Source: Neodothiora populina (taxonomy: Eukaryota). From it: a DNA stretch of 64,000 nucleotides. The notes below the pieces were generated by a model, which had not been told where the DNA came from, searched no databases, and saw only the letters and a list, made by a program, of their open reading frames with translations. Made by a program: the position numbers and the translations under genes. The DNA is taken from assembly GCF_041146345.1 (NCBI RefSeq), contig NW_027191408.1, positions 372,001 through 436,000 on the forward strand, read 5' to 3'. This document shows, piece after piece, positions 62,374 through 64,000 of the stretch; position 1 is the first letter of the stretch; every line of letters starts with the position of its first letter.

Positions 62374-62893
62374 TCTGTTCAAGTGACAATCAGGAGGCCA
62401 GACTCATCAAGGAAAAGGGGGAACAATTGATGTCGCCTCGTGTGCCTGATTCTCTATGAGGGAAGTTGGAAAGGAGGTGGGGGGGGGGAAAAGAGATATA
62501 CAGTAGTAGCAGGCACACTGTACTGTAGCTGTGTAAGAATGGTCCCACAGAGAAAGAGCACTGGTGCACTTTGACCCTGATTTGTGACTGTACACTCCAG
62601 AGCTACACTTTATAAAGAAAAGCAATAATGCAATAAAACACCACAGTATCCAGAAGGTAGTAAGGGAGTATTATCACAGCAGTAGGAAGGTACCTGACTG
62701 TACTCCATCAACCAAAACGTCACAAAAGCGCCAGCTGTTCCACTTCTGGCCACAAACATCCGGGGAAAAGAGCAAGAACGGGTCTTGGCATTCATACAAA
62801 CCATACAACCATCAATTACGTCCCTAGGTAAAGTATTCATTTGATATAAAGTAGTCATACAAGAAACGACGACAACGACAAAGCAGGGATCAA

Positions 62894-63415
62894 ATGTCCG
62901 ACTCGGTCCGCGCAAAAGCGACCCTCTACGTCGGAGGACTAGCGACCCATGTGACCTCAGTGACGCTGCACGAAGCCTTTATTCCCTTCGGGCCCATAAT
63001 CGACATTTCACTGCCCGCGCCCGACCTGCCCTCCAACACCGACCCGCACAGAGGGTTTGGATATGTCGAGTTCGAGAGCGCCGAGGACGCCAAGGAGGCC
63101 ATCGACAACATGGACCAGAGCGAGCTGTTTGGCCGGGTCATCAAGGTGAACCAGGCCAAGGAGCGCAAAGCCGAGGGCGAAGGGTTGGGGAGCAAGACGG
63201 CCATCTGGGAGCAGGTAGGAAAACACCGGTTGCACCATTGAAGCAAAGACTAATCGCAATTCGTCTCACAGGAGGGCTATCTCAACAAATACGCAGTCAG
63301 CGACGAAGACAGACTCGCTGCCGGCGGCGCAGATGCAGAGCAGAAGGACGATCAACCCATGGATCCCATGCAAGGTCTCGAAGGACTCGATGTTGCCGGG
63401 CCCAGACTGGCGTAG
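62894..63415 (+). CDS. Stand-alone RRM protein of the cyclophilin E (PPIE/Cyp33) RRM type, with no PPIase domain. Intron 63215-63271
   Basis: RNP2 LYVGGL, AFIPFG, RNP1 HRGFGYVEF, AIDNMDQSELFGRVIKVN, then AIWEQ|EGYL..DPMQGLEGLDVAGP. Confidence 0.88.
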
Positions 63416-63566
63416 CAGCTTCTCTTCTGCTTCCTGTCCCACTCGCTCTCGGTGTATTTCTGTTTTCTACCTTTTTGCTTTTTGCTGCTTGTTTTTCTTC
63501 ACGCGAACAAGCTAGCCCCCCTCACATTGATTAGCGCGGCGTTGACGGCGTTGGACGGGAAAGAGG

Positions 63567-63592
<26 letters not shown>
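63567..63592. repeat. (GA)n microsatellite
   Basis: Directly visible. Confidence 0.9.
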
Positions 63593-63599
<7 letters not shown>

Positions 63600-63868
63600 C
63601 ATGTTGTGTGTACATATATGTGTGTGGTCATTTCACGGAAAAGCTCTGGGTCCAAGGAGACTCAAAAAGGATGGCGACATCGGAGAATATGCATTCGATG
63701 CCAAATGCATTCGTGGTATGAATAAACACACAAGGATCTTTGTCCCAATCTGCCCCAGTTCTGCTGCTAGCTCCTGCCGCTTCTACCATGCGTACATGCG
63801 ACGCGACCCGCTGCTGCTTCTTGTCGCCATGCTCCGCCAACATCCGCACCTCTTCCGCCTCTTCTTGT

Positions 63869-63992
63869 CTAGTGAGCCTTGGTGTCCTCGGGGGAGCTGG
63901 CCTGGTTGTGGCCTCTGGACCTGTACAGGCGGAGGGTGCCGTCGGTGTAGAGCTTGCGAGTCAAGGAGAAGACGGCGAAGCCAACGGCGATG
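63869..63992 (-). CDS. Last exon of a small NDUFA4/MLRQ(B12D)-like mitochondrial membrane protein; 5' part lies outside the window
   Basis: After a TTTCCCAG acceptor it reads IAVGFAVFSLTRKLYTDGTLRLYRSRGHNQASSPEDTKAH*. The TM end plus a D-x-T-L-R-L pattern is recalled from fungal members of this family. Confidence 0.55.
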
Positions 63993-64000
63993 CTGGGAAA

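Noticed and set aside
1..64000. Stop-codon read-through (TGA-CTA) or cryptic PTS1, TPP riboswitch, snRNA genes, rRNA, CRISPR
   Set aside because: None of the modelled stops has the read-through context, and no signature sequences for these RNAs or arrays were seen by eye.

Overview
Eukaryotic, intron-containing DNA from a filamentous ascomycete (Pezizomycotina; Dothideomycete-like by impression only). It is a gene-dense housekeeping region with about 20 protein-coding genes and one intron-containing tRNA-Asp(GTC). I saw no transposon, rRNA or CRISPR. Recognisable genes in order: a mannose-6-phosphate isomerase paralogue (partial), a GT34/Mnn11-like mannosyltransferase, YPD1, mitochondrial aspartate aminotransferase, a strongly degenerate P450-like gene, an M20 N-carbamoyl-amino-acid hydrolase plus an amino-acid permease, RPS10, SDE2, a GPI cell-wall protein, a TIGAR-like histidine phosphatase, PFK-2/FBPase-2, the large HECT ligase TOM1, a KH-domain protein, xanthine dehydrogenase with a perfect UaY site, SEC31, a cyclophilin-E-type RRM protein and an NDUFA4/MLRQ-like last exon. 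The most interesting signals concern RNA processing: a candidate [D1,2] stwintron or alternative first exon in the PFK-2/FBPase-2 gene, a frame-preserving intron in TOM1 that encodes a leucine-zipper-like heptad, a 3-nt microexon in the aminotransferase, and frequent AAG 3' splice sites. Also notable are an apparently intact but heme-less P450-like gene, a PIP box on the TIGAR-like phosphatase and a decayed inverted tRNA-Asp copy. All gene models were built by eye and no database search was run.
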